DNA of 64,000 bases, from NCBI RefSeq assembly GCF_039654945.1, contig NW_027361731.1:22134001-22198000 (forward strand). The letters are read 5' to 3'. The notes below the pieces were generated by a model. That model made no database searches. It was given only the letters and a program-made list of their open reading frames with translations, and was not told where the DNA came from. Both the position numbers and the translations under genes were made by a program. This document shows, one piece after another, positions 63,146 to 64,000 of the stretch (the first letter of the stretch is position 1; every line of letters begins with the position of its first letter). The DNA comes from Dendrobates tinctorius. Taxonomy: Eukaryota.

Positions 63146-64000
63146 TCCATCAGACTGTCCTGTCTGCACCTGCGGTTCCTGTCATCTTCTCTGCCTGCCT
63201 GCATCTGTTGGATATTTCCCTGGGCTATCCCAGCTACCCATTCCTAGGGGGTCAGCTGGCATCTACCCAAGGTCAGTCCTGGAGTAGCACCTGGATCACC
63301 TCCCTTGGATCCTGACAGAGCCGGCGTACAGCCTCCGCTGAGCAGGGACTCACCCGCACTGTAGGGACCCCTGGGGACCAGGACAGCCAGAAAGTATAGG
63401 TGCACAGGACCTGAGTGAAGAAGTTTAGCAAGCCGGCACGGGACCTACGGTCATGTGAATGCAAGGGGGCGGGGCTTAGCGTCCTGCTTTCAGAGAAGAC
63501 AGAAAACTCAGTCGGGCAAAACGGAGGTCATTCAGATGTACGGACAGCGAGGTACAGGAGGGATAAACAGACGGGAGGTCAGACAAAGCCAAAGGTCATA
63601 CACAAGAGGGCGACGCGGTACCAAGGGGACGAGCAGAGAGAAGTCGGGTCACAAGCAGAGAGTCATACACGAGAGGTAGCGCAGTACAAGAGGGACAGGC
63701 AGAACTCGTAGCGGACAGAACCGGATCAAAACCAAACAAGCAAGCAAGATATCAGGCACAAGGCACACGTACGCACAAGGTCAACTAACTCAGCCGAGGG
63801 CAGGAGTATAACTGACACCGGACCTAGGTCCAGTGAGCATTAAATAGCCGCCCTCTTCCACGGAGAGGCGGAACAATTAACCCCCAGTCAGACCAGGGTC
63901 AGAGGTTTCCATCAGGATTCTTTCCAACTAGGCATTGTGAAATGAAAAGGTCTGAAAAAAACGTTACAAGGAAAATCAAATTCCAAAAATCCACAAAAAA

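Noticed and set aside
62870-64000. LTR-like fragments at the window end (also about 47620-48090 and a possible Penelope-like tail at about 6400-7040)
   Set aside because: Repeat-like, but I could not define termini, TSDs or coding motifs well enough to call them.

Overview
Vertebrate DNA, most likely anuran (frog), inferred from the exon style of the zinc-finger genes and the retroelement content. The window holds two tandem paralogues of a six-coding-exon KRAB-like C2H2 zinc-finger gene, about 48.9 kb apart. Copy B (49450-60077) looks intact: about 807 aa with 20 fingers. Copy A (537-15235) keeps one finger and has a 6.7-kb Ngaro-type tyrosine-recombinase retrotransposon 34 bp upstream of its finger exon. 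Between and inside the genes is a deeply nested transposon stack: a Tf1/sushi-type chromovirus, a near-complete DIRS1 element, several solo LTRs with target-site duplications (TSDs), Tc1 and hAT relics, CR1/L2/Penelope fragments, Harbinger- and T2-like MITEs (one carrying a telomere-like array) and a 30-bp minisatellite. Because the two gene copies serve as each other's empty sites, many junctions can be read exactly. Top candidates for something new: (1) two diverged non-autonomous LTR mini-elements with the same about 1.35-kb interior encoding Gag fused in frame to the integrase HHCC zinc finger, with covarying self-priming signals; (2) phase-compatible splice sites that would fuse the Ngaro Gag N-terminus, or the host KRAB-like exons, to the Ngaro SGNH hydrolase. 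All calls come from reading the sequence by eye; no database search was run.
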